Source: Bacteroidota bacterium (lineage in GTDB: Bacteria > Bacteroidota > Bacteroidia > 2-12-FULL-35-15). Taken from it: DNA of 64,000 nt. Below are positions 20,177-30,654 of this stretch, in pieces (the stretch's first letter is position 1; every line of letters starts with the position of its first letter). Under the pieces are notes generated by a model. It worked only from the letters and a program-made list of their open reading frames with translations. It had not been told where the DNA came from and ran no database searches. The stretch is taken from the NCBI GenBank assembly GCA_947479085.1, contig CANJYB010000017.1:34955-98954 (forward strand), written 5' to 3'. The translations under genes and the position numbers were made by a program.

Positions 20177-21412
20177 ATGGCTAAAGAATTTTATTTAAAA
20201 CACCACACCTTTCATATCAAGGCAATTTTTGTTGCTCTTAAAGATATTTTCGAAAGAAATGAATATGCTGATAAGGCAATAGAAAAAATAATGCGCGCCA
20301 ATAAGTATTGGGACGTGCGCGAACGAGGCTTTGTTTCTGATGTTACCTACGATATGGTACGAAACTGGCGGTTACTGTTTATTTCCTCCGGTCTGGAACC
20401 TGAAACAAAACTATCAGATAAAAACCTCTGGATGATTTTCGGAACCTATCTGGTTTTTGATGGATATGATTTACCGGAGAGTAATTATTTCAAAGGATTG
20501 AATGAAAAGAAAATTGTTTCTCAATTAGAGAAGTTTCATAAAATCAGAAAAATCAGGGAATCTATTCCTGATTGGTTGGACAAGATGGGAGAAAAAGAAT
20601 TAGGGAAGGATTGGGATAAAACCATTCGTGCCTTAAATCAAAAACCTACCACTGTGCTTCGTGCTAATTCCTTAAAAACAAATCCAAGGGAGTTGCAAAA
20701 AACATTGGAAGAAGAAAAAATAACAGATGCTTCTCTCATAATGTGGTCTCCGGATGCGGTGGAATTAAAATTTCCAAGGAATGTATTTCGCACAGAGGCA
20801 TTTCATAAAGGATTGTTCGAAGTACAGGATGCGTCTTCGCAAATGGTTTCAGAATTTTTAAATGTTCAACCGGGAATGCGTGTGGTAGATGCCTGTGCAG
20901 GTGCAGGTGGAAAAACATTACATCTTGCTGCATTGATGAAAAACAAAGGTCGTATAATAGCATTGGATGTAAAAGAGAAAAAATTACTTGAATTAAAAAA
21001 ACGTGCCACAAGAGCAGATGTAAGAATTGTTGAAACCCGTGCAATAGATTCTTCTAAAGTAGTAAAACGTTTAAAAGATACAGCAGACAGATTATTATTA
21101 GATGTGCCTTGTTCCGGTTTGGGTGTATTGCGAAGAAATCCGGATAGCAAATGGAAACTGAACCCGGAAGAAATAGAAAGGGTAAAAACAATTCAAAGAG
21201 AAATACTCACTAATTTTTCAGACATAACAAAAGTAGGCGGAAAGATGGTGTACGCTACCTGCAGCATATTACCAAGTGAAGGAGAAGATCAGGTAAAATG
21301 GTTCCTTGAACAGGTGGGAGATAAATGGGAATTTCTTGGAGAAAAAAGATATTCGCCCGAAACTCATCATGCGGATGGTTTTTATATGGCACTTTTAGAA
21401 AGAAAAAAATAA
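20177..21412 (+). CDS. RsmB/RsmF-family rRNA cytosine-C5 methyltransferase
   Basis: SAM motif VVDACAGAGGKT and catalytic region LLDVPCSGLGVLRRNPDSKW (Pro-Cys and TCS motifs). Confidence 0.75.
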   Translation: MAKEFYLKHHTFHIKAIFVALKDIFERNEYADKAIEKIMRANKYWDVRERGFVSDVTYDMVRNWRLLFISSGLEPETKLSDKNLWMIFGTYLVFDGYDLPESNYFKGLNEKKIVSQLEKFHKIRKIRESIPDWLDKMGEKELGKDWDKTIRALNQKPTTVLRANSLKTNPRELQKTLEEEKITDASLIMWSPDAVELKFPRNVFRTEAFHKGLFEVQDASSQMVSEFLNVQPGMRVVDACAGAGGKTLHLAALMKNKGRIIALDVKEKKLLELKKRATRADVRIVETRAIDSSKVVKRLKDTADRLLLDVPCSGLGVLRRNPDSKWKLNPEEIERVKTIQREILTNFSDITKVGGKMVYATCSILPSEGEDQVKWFLEQVGDKWEFLGEKRYSPETHHADGFYMALLERKK

Positions 21413-21792
21413 ATTTTTCTGTTGAATAGTGTTCTTCATTTTTTCATTCAACATTTAAATTTTTTCTGTTTTTTTCTCTTTTAAAAAATAAAATCAGAAA
21501 ATAATTAAAAATAATTTGATCACACTTTGTAATTAACAAACACAAAAACGTTTCTTGTATTTACACTTTTTATAAATCGATTAGTATAAATATTTATTTT
21601 CAAACAAAAACAACAACCTTCTGAATCATTAGTAAATATAATATGTACAGAAGACTACTAAAATAAATAAATTGAAATATTTATATTTATTTTACAAGGA
21701 AAAATAAAATAATCAATGAGAATTTTTATTAAATCAAAAACGTTATTCACTGTTATCAACAAATTTGTGTTAATAAAATGTAGTGTATAAAT

Positions 21793-21800
21793 TATTTTTG
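21793..21800 (+). promoter_or_regulatory. candidate Bacteroidota -7 promoter element (TAnnTTTG)
   Basis: TATTTTTG matches the Bacteroidetes sigma-A -7 consensus about 50 nt upstream of the small histone-like gene. Confidence 0.25.
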
Positions 21801-21852
21801 TGTTGAAAATTTATCTTACTTCGTGTCATAATAATTAATAAACAAAAAAACC

Positions 21853-21960
21853 ATGGCAAAAAAAGCAGCAAAAAAAGCAGCTCCTAAAAAAGCAGCGAAA
21901 AAAGTAGCTAAAAAAGCAGCTCCTAAAAAAGCAGCGAAAAAAGCAGCTAAGAAAAAGTAA
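21853..21960 (+). CDS. histone H1-like lysine/alanine-rich small DNA-binding protein (35 aa)
   Basis: ATG at 21853, translation MAKKAAKKAAPKKAAKKVAKKAAPKKAAKKAAKKK, stop TAA at 21958-21960, followed immediately by a strong terminator; below the 60-aa ORF-track cutoff. Confidence 0.6.
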   Translation: MAKKAAKKAAPKKAAKKVAKKAAPKKAAKKAAKKK

Positions 21961-21965
21961 GAAAA

Positions 21966-21989
21966 AGGGCTCGAAAGAGCCCTTTTTTT
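21966..21989 (+). terminator. rho-independent terminator
   Basis: gggctc-gaaa-gagccc followed by T8. Confidence 0.75.
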
Positions 21990-22024
21990 TGTCCTTTATT
22001 TTCCCTCCCACTTTTATCTCTTCA

Positions 22025-23047
22025 TCATACCTTCTGAACAAAACCAATACCAGGCATTTCATTCAATTCTATCTTTCCGTTTTTAAACTTCACACCTTCA
22101 AATAAATCATTCTTTATTAATAATGCCCCATCCAAATCGGCAAAATCAACTAATGGTGACAATTGTGCTGCAGCGGAAATAGCACAAGATGTTTCACTCA
22201 TACATCCAATCAATAGTTTCAGATTTAATTCACGCGCCCGTTTTATCATTTTATTTGCTTCGAACAAACCGGTACATTTCATGAGTTTAATATTTATTCC
22301 ATGAAAACAATCCTTCATCTTTTCAATATCCGGAAATCGTTGTATGCTCTCATCCGCAAAAATTGGTAACGGACTTCGCTCAAACAACCAATGTGCATCA
22401 TCCCAATTTTCTTTTGGTAAGGGCTGTTCTATAAACAAAACATTTTTATCCGATAACCATTCTATCATTTCCAATGCAAACTGTTTATCCTTCCACCCCT
22501 GGTTTACATCTATTGCGATTGGCTTATTGGTAACACTTCTGATAGTTTCTATATTCTGTTTATCATTCTCTCCGTTCAGCTTCACTTTAAAGTATCTGTA
22601 TTCCTCCCCTTCTGCAATTTTCTGTTTCATTCCTTCCGGTTCATCTATACCCAAAGTATAGGTTGTAAATGGTGTTTTGCTTTTATCACCATTGAATCCT
22701 TTCCAACATGACTTGTTTTCCAGCTTCCCAATTAAATCATGTAAAGCAATATCAATGGATGCCTTGGCAGCAGTATTACCTGGTGCAATACTATCCACTT
22801 CGTGTAAAACAGATTCCAGATCAAATGGATTTTGAAATTTGTCTATTACATTATTCGCTTTAGATAAAAACGCTAAGACCGTTTCATGCGATTCGCCTAA
22901 ATAAGGTGGCATACTGGCTTCTCCGTACCCAATTGTTCCTTCATGTTCTATTTGTATTATTACAATAGGAGTAGAAGATCGAACACCATGCGCTATTTTA
23001 AATGGCCTTTTGAAGTATAAAGTATGTGGTAAGAAAGTAAGTTTCAT
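22025..23047 (-). CDS. enolase-superfamily dipeptide epimerase (L-Ala-D/L-Glu epimerase-like)
   Basis: 340 aa; enolase-superfamily MR/MLE fold hallmarks (KVKL, IAIDVNQGW, FIEQP, IFADES, KLMKCTG). Confidence 0.65.
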   Translation of the reverse strand: MKLTFLPHTLYFKRPFKIAHGVRSSTPIVIIQIEHEGTIGYGEASMPPYLGESHETVLAFLSKANNVIDKFQNPFDLESVLHEVDSIAPGNTAAKASIDIALHDLIGKLENKSCWKGFNGDKSKTPFTTYTLGIDEPEGMKQKIAEGEEYRYFKVKLNGENDKQNIETIRSVTNKPIAIDVNQGWKDKQFALEMIEWLSDKNVLFIEQPLPKENWDDAHWLFERSPLPIFADESIQRFPDIEKMKDCFHGINIKLMKCTGLFEANKMIKRARELNLKLLIGCMSETSCAISAAAQLSPLVDFADLDGALLIKNDLFEGVKFKNGKIELNEMPGIGFVQKV

Positions 23048-23186
23048 AATTCTATTGAACGAAAGTATATAATATTGTACATATATATAGATAAAACCAT
23101 TCTTTGTTAAATAATTATCGGGATAAGTAGTGTTGAAGTATTACAGATATGTGTTATCTTTGTCATAGAAATAACATTTAACTCGA

Positions 23187-23705
23187 ATGAAAAAATTATT
23201 TATTGTCTTATTAGCACCTGTATTCTCCTTATTAATGAGTTGCAGTGGTTCAAAAACAAATGAAACAACTTCTGCTCCTGCCGGCATGAAAGAAGTACAA
23301 TTAAAAATTAATGGTAATTCACTTTCTATTATTGTTCCTGATTCCTCAAAAGGAAAACTGGAAATAGCCGAACAATCATGGGGGGCAACCGAAATAAAGG
23401 TGGGTAAAGATTTTCAGATTTCCATTTCCGAATCCGAAGGTGATATTGCTCTTACCAAAAGTGATATTGCCGGAAACGATGTAAACAAGTTCAAACGTTA
23501 TATTAAAGATGAACCTACATTGTTATTTTGGGAATCTCAAATTACAGAGCCTGAATTTCATTTTTATATGATTAACAAAACCGGGAAGGTTTCCTATTTA
23601 ATAGAAGACATTAAAGGAGATATCCATAATGAAAAAACTGCCCAGGTAATGGTAGATGCTGCAAAATCATTAAAGTCTGCTGCTGATTCAAAACCTAATT
23701 CGTAA
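23187..23705 (+). CDS. hypothetical lipoprotein
   Basis: Signal peptide with lipobox LMSC; 172 aa. Confidence 0.4.
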   Translation: MKKLFIVLLAPVFSLLMSCSGSKTNETTSAPAGMKEVQLKINGNSLSIIVPDSSKGKLEIAEQSWGATEIKVGKDFQISISESEGDIALTKSDIAGNDVNKFKRYIKDEPTLLFWESQITEPEFHFYMINKTGKVSYLIEDIKGDIHNEKTAQVMVDAAKSLKSAADSKPNS

Positions 23706-23795
23706 TTCTATTTGCTATTTATTCAAAAACCATTTCTAGTTTAAGGAAATGGTTTTTTATTTCTTATTTTCATACTTCTTACTATTTCAATCAAT

Positions 23796-25241
23796 ATGCA
23801 AACAATAAAAAACTATATCAATGGTAAACTGGTGGAGCCCGTTGGTAAAACTTATATAGACAATTATAACCCCGCAATCGGAAAAGTATATTCCCTAATT
23901 CCTGATTCGGATGAAAGAGATGTAGAACTTGCAACTGAAGCTGCCCTGAAAGCATTTCCAAAATGGAGCACCACACCAAAAGGAGAACGGTCATCTATAT
24001 TATTAAAGATAGCAGACCTAATTACCAGGAACCTTGACCGTTTGGCAATTGCTGAATCTGTCGATAATGGCAAACCTTTTTCATTGGCTAAAATTATTGA
24101 CATACCACGTGCTGCAAGTAACTTTCATTTTTATGCAACAGGCATTTTACATTATGCTTCCGAAAGTCATTCCATGGAAGATTTGGCAATAAATTATACT
24201 ATAAAAAGCCCGGTTGGAGTAGCTGGTTGTATTTCACCTTGGAATTTACCTTTGTATCTTTTCACCTGGAAAATTGCTCCCGCTCTTGCCTCCGGAAATT
24301 GTGTAGTAGCAAAACCTTCCGAAATAACTCCCATGACTGCATATCTTCTTTCTGAATTATGTATTGAAGCTGGTTTGCCCGAAGGTGTTCTCAACATCGT
24401 TCATGGATATGGTCATAAAGTTGGTGCCGCCATTTCTTCTCATCCTAAAATACCATTGATATCATTTACCGGTGGAACTAAAACCGGTGCCGAAATAGCA
24501 AGAGTGGCTGCTCCAATGTTCAAAAAACTTTCCTTGGAGTTGGGAGGAAAAAACCCCAACATTATTTTTGCTGACTGCGATTACGAAAACATGATGAAGA
24601 CGACCTTGCATTCTTCGTTTTCTAACCAGGGGCAGATTTGCCTTTGTGGTTCACGCATATTTGTTGAAAAATCAATGTATGAAAAATTCAAAACAGACTT
24701 TGTTGAAAGGGTAAAGAAAATGAAAGTGGGCAACCCAGCTGATCCTGAAAGCAGGTTAGGTGCGGTGGTATCCAAACCTCACATGGAAAAAGTTTTATCC
24801 TATATCGAACTTGCCAAACAGGAAGGAGGCACCGTTCTTTGTGGCGGCAATCAAATAAAACTGGAGGGCGAATTCTCAGAAGGATATTACATCGCTCCTA
24901 CTGTAATAGAAGGATTGACCTATAATTGCAGAACCAATATGGAAGAGATATTCGGACCTGTAGTAACCATTATGCCTTTTGAAACGGAAGAAGAAGTGAT
25001 GATGTATGCCAATAGTACTCAATATGGTTTGGCTTCCGTTCTCTGGACCGAAAACTTAACCCGTGCTCATCGCATTGCAAATAATTTACATACTGGCATT
25101 GTTTGGGTGAATTGTTGGTTGCTGCGCGACCTCCGTACTCCTTTTGGTGGAGTTAAAAGTTCAGGTGTAGGTCGTGAAGGTGGTTTCCAGGCATTCGACT
25201 TTTTTACTGAACCGAAAAATGTTTGTATAAAATTGAAATAG
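23796..25241 (+). CDS. NAD(P)-dependent aldehyde dehydrogenase
   Basis: ALDH motifs FTGGTKTG, ELGGKNP and catalytic region ...NQGQICLCGSR. Confidence 0.85.
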   Translation: MQTIKNYINGKLVEPVGKTYIDNYNPAIGKVYSLIPDSDERDVELATEAALKAFPKWSTTPKGERSSILLKIADLITRNLDRLAIAESVDNGKPFSLAKIIDIPRAASNFHFYATGILHYASESHSMEDLAINYTIKSPVGVAGCISPWNLPLYLFTWKIAPALASGNCVVAKPSEITPMTAYLLSELCIEAGLPEGVLNIVHGYGHKVGAAISSHPKIPLISFTGGTKTGAEIARVAAPMFKKLSLELGGKNPNIIFADCDYENMMKTTLHSSFSNQGQICLCGSRIFVEKSMYEKFKTDFVERVKKMKVGNPADPESRLGAVVSKPHMEKVLSYIELAKQEGGTVLCGGNQIKLEGEFSEGYYIAPTVIEGLTYNCRTNMEEIFGPVVTIMPFETEEEVMMYANSTQYGLASVLWTENLTRAHRIANNLHTGIVWVNCWLLRDLRTPFGGVKSSGVGREGGFQAFDFFTEPKNVCIKLK

Positions 25242-25254
25242 TAAATTACTATTT

Positions 25255-25287
25255 ACCCCTGTCAGGGTTTAAAACCCTGACAGGGTA
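25255..25287. repeat. palindromic intergenic repeat, family 1, copy 2
   Basis: acccctgtcagggtttaaaaccctgacagggta between convergent ALDH and murF genes. Confidence 0.8.
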
Positions 25288-25301
25288 TTAATATAGTATT
25301 C

Positions 25302-26606
25302 TTACAAAACCTCCACCACCTTTTCCAGTTTTATTCCTCTCGAACCTTTAATAAGTATAGTGGTGTTTTTTATTTCCTGTTGCAAAAGATAATTAGTTGC
25401 TTCTTCACTTGTATCAAATGTTTTTGCAGAAGTATTTCTTCCCGCCTCTGTAAAATGCCATCCCACTAATACCACATTTGTAATATTCTTCTTATCAAGC
25501 AAAGCGACAATTGCTTCATGTTCTTTTGTGCTTTCAGTTCCCAGTTCCAGCATGTCTCCAAGTATTACCATTTTGTTCGGCTGGTTCATTTGGGCAAAAT
25601 TCTCTATTGCGGCCTGCATGCTCGAAGGGTTTGCATTGTATGCATCCAATAATAAAAGATTACGTTTGGTCTGCATCACCTGCGAACGGTTGTTAGAAGG
25701 AACATATTTTTCCAATCCCGCTTTTATTTGTTCTTCCGAAAGCTGAAAATGATTCCCTATACATGCTGCAGCAAGAATGTTTTCCAGATTATACTTCCCA
25801 ATCAACTGTGTTGCTATTTCCGGTTTATCATCTATTGATGTTGAATCACTCTTTGCCTTGCACTTTAACTTTACAAACGGATTACTTTCTATAAACTTTC
25901 CAATAAAATCACACTCATCGCTTGTTCCATAAGTAATCTGTTTAATCCCTTTTGATAAGCCTTTCAGTAATTCATTATCATTATTAACAAACAGGGCTCC
26001 ATTGCTCTGCTTGATGAAAGTATACATTTCACTCTTGGCTTTTATCACCCCTTCTGCACCACCAAATCCTTCCAGGTGGGCTTTTCCTATATTCGTTATC
26101 ATTCCGTAATCCGGTTCTGCCAGGTTACAAAGCATCGCTATCTCTCCCTGGTGGTTCGCTCCCATTTCCACTATCGCCATTTCATGTTCTTTAGTAATAC
26201 TTAACAAGGTAAGCGGAACGCCAATATGATTATTCAGATTTCCTTTTGTAGCCTGTACTTTATATTTTTCACTCAATACCGCATTCATCAGTTCCTTTGA
26301 AGTAGTCTTGCCATTACTTCCTGTAATACTAATAATAGGAATGGATAATTGTTTTCTATGGTAGCTCGCCAGTTCCTGCAATGCAGTCAGCACATCATCT
26401 ACCAGTATAAAACGAGAATCAATTTTATATTGCTCCTCATCTATCACTGCCAACGAACAACCCGCTTGTATTGCTTTTTCTGCAAACTGGTTGGCATTAA
26501 AGTTCTCTCCCTTTAATGCAAAGAAAATAGAATTTGGTTTAATGTCCCTGGTATCTGTGCATACATAAGGGAACTCAAGGAAATGAGCGTATAGTTTCTG
26601 TATCAT
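25302..26606 (-). CDS. murF: UDP-N-acetylmuramoyl-tripeptide--D-alanyl-D-alanine ligase
   Basis: Mur ligase P-loop ISITGSNGKTTSKE; 434 aa with MurF-like N-terminal domain. Confidence 0.7.
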   Translation of the reverse strand: MIQKLYAHFLEFPYVCTDTRDIKPNSIFFALKGENFNANQFAEKAIQAGCSLAVIDEEQYKIDSRFILVDDVLTALQELASYHRKQLSIPIISITGSNGKTTSKELMNAVLSEKYKVQATKGNLNNHIGVPLTLLSITKEHEMAIVEMGANHQGEIAMLCNLAEPDYGMITNIGKAHLEGFGGAEGVIKAKSEMYTFIKQSNGALFVNNDNELLKGLSKGIKQITYGTSDECDFIGKFIESNPFVKLKCKAKSDSTSIDDKPEIATQLIGKYNLENILAAACIGNHFQLSEEQIKAGLEKYVPSNNRSQVMQTKRNLLLLDAYNANPSSMQAAIENFAQMNQPNKMVILGDMLELGTESTKEHEAIVALLDKKNITNVVLVGWHFTEAGRNTSAKTFDTSEEATNYLLQQEIKNTTILIKGSRGIKLEKVVEVL

Positions 26607-26610
26607 GTTT

Positions 26611-27390
26611 TTATTTCAATTCATAAGGAATAACACAAACCGGTATGGGTATCATCTTATGCTGATTTGCTTTATTCATTCGTGTATATATATCAAGTAC
26701 TGTTTTTTCTCTGTCAGATAAAGTGGAAAAATCATGCGGGTTTTCAATAAACTTCATCGCCCACTCCAACTCATTGTAAGTAGCACCTATCTGGTCTTCA
26801 TCACTTCTTCCATCATGAAACAATCCGTCTGTAGGAGGAGCCACCTGTATGGAATGAACCACCCCCAACTCTTTTGCCAATGAGTAAACCTCCGATTTCA
26901 TTAAGTCAGCTATCGGAGAAATATCTACTCCACCATCTCCATACTTGGTAAAAAATCCTATCCCGAAATCCTCTACCTTATTTCCTGTACCTGCCACCAG
27001 CAATTTGTAATGACAGGCAAAAGCAAATAAAGTAGTCATTCGCAGGCGCGAACGCGTATTGGCCATCGTCAGCCAATCCTGTGTTTCTTCAGGAAATGCT
27101 TTACTGATGCTTGTAAAGGTATCAGTAAGTTCCACTTCCTGCAAAGTAACGGATGCAAATTTATTCTTTAACCAATTGATATGTTCATGCCCCCTCTCAT
27201 ATTCTGCTTTGTGCTGATGAATCGGCATATTCAAACAAATCACCTGTTTGCCCGTCATGGCACAAAGTGTGGAAGTAAGTGCCGAATCTATTCCTCCTGA
27301 TATACCAATCACAAATCCATTGGTCTTGCTCTGGTCTGAATAATGTTTCAGCCAGTTTACTATATGTTGTATTGTTTCCTGTTTTTTCAT
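26611..27390 (-). CDS. nadE: NH3-dependent NAD+ synthetase
   Basis: PP-loop GISGGIDSALTS and the highly conserved NadE block GFFTKYGDGGVDI. Confidence 0.8.
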   Translation of the reverse strand: MKKQETIQHIVNWLKHYSDQSKTNGFVIGISGGIDSALTSTLCAMTGKQVICLNMPIHQHKAEYERGHEHINWLKNKFASVTLQEVELTDTFTSISKAFPEETQDWLTMANTRSRLRMTTLFAFACHYKLLVAGTGNKVEDFGIGFFTKYGDGGVDISPIADLMKSEVYSLAKELGVVHSIQVAPPTDGLFHDGRSDEDQIGATYNELEWAMKFIENPHDFSTLSDREKTVLDIYTRMNKANQHKMIPIPVCVIPYELK

Positions 27391-27407
27391 TTATCAAATA
27401 AAAAATC

Positions 27408-27444
27408 CCGATTCCATTTCTGAAATCGGGATTAAAAGTACTAA
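27408..27444 (-). terminator. rho-independent terminator for the upstream minus-strand gene
   Basis: aatcccgatt-loop-aatcgggatt hairpin with A-run on the plus strand (T-run on minus). Confidence 0.6.
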
Positions 27445-27454
27445 TTATTATTTT

Positions 27455-28357
27455 TTAGAATAGTATACCTACAGTTAATACTACACCATTTGCCTTAATA
27501 GCCTGTGGCATCTTACTAATTGTGTAATCAGTCATATTCGTTTGAGAATAATTTGGCCCGTTTGTCTTCTTTTCCAATGTTGGAGACTCACTTTTAGTAA
27601 TAGAAGTAAACCCTAAGTTATAGTGCACTCCTATAAGTAAAGAAGTACTTCCTGAAAGGTTCATTTCACAACCAGCACCCAAATGAAGAGAACCCATGTA
27701 CACATTCATTTCCTTAGTGGCCGAAACATTAGATCTGGTAGAAGAAGCTCCCCCTGTTAGATTATCTAACGTAGGAAGTTCAATCACTTTATCTGTTGCT
27801 TTCGCTTTCCAACGGATATTATTATTTATTCCTACCTGTCCGAAATAAGTCATCATTCCTATTTCCTTGGTTTTTAATTTTATTCCAAAAGGGATATTTA
27901 TATAAGTAGCTTTATACTCTCTTTCGTTCAATTGAAATTTATAGTGTGTCTGGTCGTAATATTTAGCATCATTATAATTCGTGGCTTCGTCAGGTCGGGT
28001 AAGATAATCGTCCACCCCATCATCTGATTTGGAGGCATAGTAACTAACAGTATTAGTATTAGCAGCAGCTGAACCACCATTAGCATACTTCACTTTACCT
28101 CCCATGGTGTTTATTTCAATACCTGTAACAATAGATGCAACCTTTGCAAGGCGGAATTCAATACTCAAGCCTCCGCCAAATTTCACAACAGCTCCATTAG
28201 CTGATATAATTTTGCCGTCATCTGGCTTCAGCCAGTTTACAGCAGGGGTTACTATTAAGCCAAAACGGACGTTCTTAATTTCCTTTTCCGAATTATCCTG
28301 AGCAATAGCCATACTGCCGGTTAATGCAATTGTTGTTAATAATAAAATCTTCTTCAT
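27455..28357 (-). CDS. outer-membrane beta-barrel protein
   Basis: Signal peptide MKKILLLTTIALTGSMAIAQ; alternating amphipathic strands; C-terminal ...TVGILF aromatic terminus. Confidence 0.45.
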   Translation of the reverse strand: MKKILLLTTIALTGSMAIAQDNSEKEIKNVRFGLIVTPAVNWLKPDDGKIISANGAVVKFGGGLSIEFRLAKVASIVTGIEINTMGGKVKYANGGSAAANTNTVSYYASKSDDGVDDYLTRPDEATNYNDAKYYDQTHYKFQLNEREYKATYINIPFGIKLKTKEIGMMTYFGQVGINNNIRWKAKATDKVIELPTLDNLTGGASSTRSNVSATKEMNVYMGSLHLGAGCEMNLSGSTSLLIGVHYNLGFTSITKSESPTLEKKTNGPNYSQTNMTDYTISKMPQAIKANGVVLTVGILF

Positions 28358-28438
28358 ATTTTTTCTAATTTTGGATTTTTATAAATTGTCTTATAACCAT
28401 TAGTTATACGATACAAAACTAAGGATAATTTTTATTAT

Positions 28439-29449
28439 ATGAAGAAATCTATAGCATACATTATTATAATGGTAGTGTTGATATCCTGCACTCACGAAAG
28501 CTTAAAAGTGGATGTTTCTGAAGTAACGGTTCCCGAGATGACCATCAACAGGCTGGAACAGGATGTTTTTAATATGGACACCCTCCATCCTGATGTGGCT
28601 GTTCAGCAATTGAAAAAGAAATACGGTAACTTTTTTAACTCTTACCTTGCAGGGGTATTAAATAATGGAGGAATGCACGATTCTTCAAAAGCCAATAAAC
28701 TAAAACTCTTTATAAGCGACCGCGATATGCGTGAAGCATACAGCGATTGTCAGAAAGCATACTCCGACATCAATGATTTAAAAGAAGAATTCACCCAATC
28801 CTTTAAGTATTACAGGCACTATTTTCCGGCCAAACCATTGCCCAAAGTAATTACCATGATGTCGGGATTTAATTATTCCATTGTTACTTTAGACAGCACC
28901 ATTGCTATCGGTCTTGAAATGTACCTTGGCAGCACCAACAAATTTTACCCCATGCTTGGTCTGCCTCATTACAAAACAAATTTTATGACCCGCGAAAGTA
29001 TTTTACCCGATGCTATGCGTGGCTGGATGATGAATGAGTTTCCATACATGATGGACAAAGGCGATTTTCTTTCCGAAATAATTTACATGGGAAAAATAAT
29101 GTACCTCACCGATGCCCTTACCCCCGACCTTGCCGACACCTTAAAAACACAATACACACAAAAACAAACAGCCTATTGTACCAAGAATGAATTTAATATG
29201 TGGAGTTATTTTATTGCCCAGAAATTATTATACACCACCGACCATGCCGAAATAATGAAGTTTACTTCTGATGGACCTTTCACTTCCGCTTTCAGCAAAG
29301 AAGCACCTCCGCGCGTAGGTTACTGGATAGGAAGACAAATCATCAAACAGTATTTAAAAAACAATCCTGATATTACCATTGAACAAATGATGAAAGAAAA
29401 AGACGGACAAAAAATACTAACTAAAGCAAAATATAAACCGGGGAAATAG
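28439..29449 (+). CDS. gldB: gliding motility lipoprotein GldB
   Basis: Lipoprotein signal (VLISC); blocks SEIIYMGKIMYL, WSYFIAQKLLYTTD, GYWIGRQIIKQYLKNN and C-terminal AKYKPGK resemble Flavobacterium johnsoniae GldB; followed by gldC. Confidence 0.7.
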   Translation: MKKSIAYIIIMVVLISCTHESLKVDVSEVTVPEMTINRLEQDVFNMDTLHPDVAVQQLKKKYGNFFNSYLAGVLNNGGMHDSSKANKLKLFISDRDMREAYSDCQKAYSDINDLKEEFTQSFKYYRHYFPAKPLPKVITMMSGFNYSIVTLDSTIAIGLEMYLGSTNKFYPMLGLPHYKTNFMTRESILPDAMRGWMMNEFPYMMDKGDFLSEIIYMGKIMYLTDALTPDLADTLKTQYTQKQTAYCTKNEFNMWSYFIAQKLLYTTDHAEIMKFTSDGPFTSAFSKEAPPRVGYWIGRQIIKQYLKNNPDITIEQMMKEKDGQKILTKAKYKPGK

Positions 29450-29451
29450 AA

Positions 29452-29503
29452 ATTAGATATTGGATGTTAGATGTTGGGTGTTAGATATTGGATGTTGGAT
29501 GTT
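29452..29503. repeat. 7-bp microsatellite-like repeat (GGATGTT/AGATGTT variants, ~7 copies)
   Basis: attagatat tggatgtt agatgtt gggtgtt agatatt ggatgtt ggatgtt in the gldB-gldC intergenic region. Confidence 0.7.
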
Positions 29504-29635
29504 ATGCTATATCTGATAAATTTTCTCTATGTCTGCTTGGCTTTCTGTGTTTAACAAAAAACAATTTAATCCCGCATGGACGGGACTTACAGCAATAAAA
29601 TAATTTAAAAATTAAGCAATAAAACAATTTACAAA

Positions 29636-29968
29636 ATGAAACAATCCGAAATAAAATTTACAGTAACCTTAGACGAAAACAACCTGCCTGAAAAAATAGA
29701 CTGGAGTGCTGATGATGCCAATGAAAAAAGTACCAGCAAAGCCGTAATGATTGCCCTGTGGGATGCCAAGGAAAACAACACTCTTCGCATCGACCTTTGG
29801 ACAAAGGATTTCCTGGTGGATGAAATGAAACAGTTTTATCATCAATGCCTTCTTTCGATGGCCGATACTTTCGAACGTTCGACCGGAGAAACCGAAGCAG
29901 CAAAGGAAATGAGAAGTTTTGCCCAGCACTTTGGCGAGAAAATGAATTTGATTGAAAAGAAGGGATAA
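29636..29968 (+). CDS. gldC: gliding motility protein GldC
   Basis: 110 aa; LRIDLWTKDFLVDEMKQFYHQCLLSMADTFER closely matches the GldC signature (LRIDLWTKD...DEMK.F.HQ.L.SMADTF.R). Confidence 0.75.
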   Translation: MKQSEIKFTVTLDENNLPEKIDWSADDANEKSTSKAVMIALWDAKENNTLRIDLWTKDFLVDEMKQFYHQCLLSMADTFERSTGETEAAKEMRSFAQHFGEKMNLIEKKG

Positions 29969-30243
29969 CCTTTAAGTCCTCCCTCCGAAGCCGCTACTTC
30001 AGGAGAAAATATAACCTGTATTCATTTGTTTGCTCTTGAAAAGACCAACAAAGGCTCCAATGGATGACGAATTCAGTTGTGGTTTGAGGCTGTATATTGA
30101 AGGGAGCGTGTTAAGGTTTTGAATTGTTTGATTTATGTCATTTTGACATATTCAGGAAGGTTTAGCGGGGGTGTTTTGGCGATATTGTTGGCTTTAGTGA
30201 GTTGAATTATAGTGCTTTAATCAACATGGAAGGGGTGTATGAC

Positions 30244-30522
30244 AACATTGTAATAACTATACTTCACATTGCAATAACTATACTCCACAAAGCGATAACT
30301 ATACTTCACATTGCAATAACTATACTCTACATTGCAATAACTATACTCTACAAAGCGATAACTATACTTCACATTGCGATAACTATACTCTACAAAGCGA
30401 TAACTATACTTCACAAAGGGATAACTATACTCCACAAGGCGATAACTATACTCCACATTGGAATAATTATACTTCACAAGGGGATAACTATACTTTACAT
30501 TTGGATAACTAAACCTGAAAAA
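30244..30522. repeat. 21-bp tandem repeat, ~13 copies
   Basis: Unit ataactatacttcacattgca with exact 21-bp phase and variant 3' halves (cattgca/caaagcg/caagggg). Confidence 0.9.
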
Positions 30523-30627
30523 GAGAGAATACTACTCCACTTTGGGATACTTCTGCTTTGGGAAGAGGGAAATCAGAAACCTGAATTTGAAAGGGAAAGT
30601 TTACTGAAGGTAAGACTTCACACGAAG

Positions 30628-30654
30628 CCCCTCTCCTTGCGGGAAGGAGAGGGG
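30628..30654 (+). terminator. GC-rich hairpin, family 2 (CCCCTCTCC...GGAGAGGGG), terminator-like
   Basis: Perfect 11-bp stem cccctctcctt/aaggagagggg with 5-nt loop, followed by cttttgtgtg. Confidence 0.5.
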
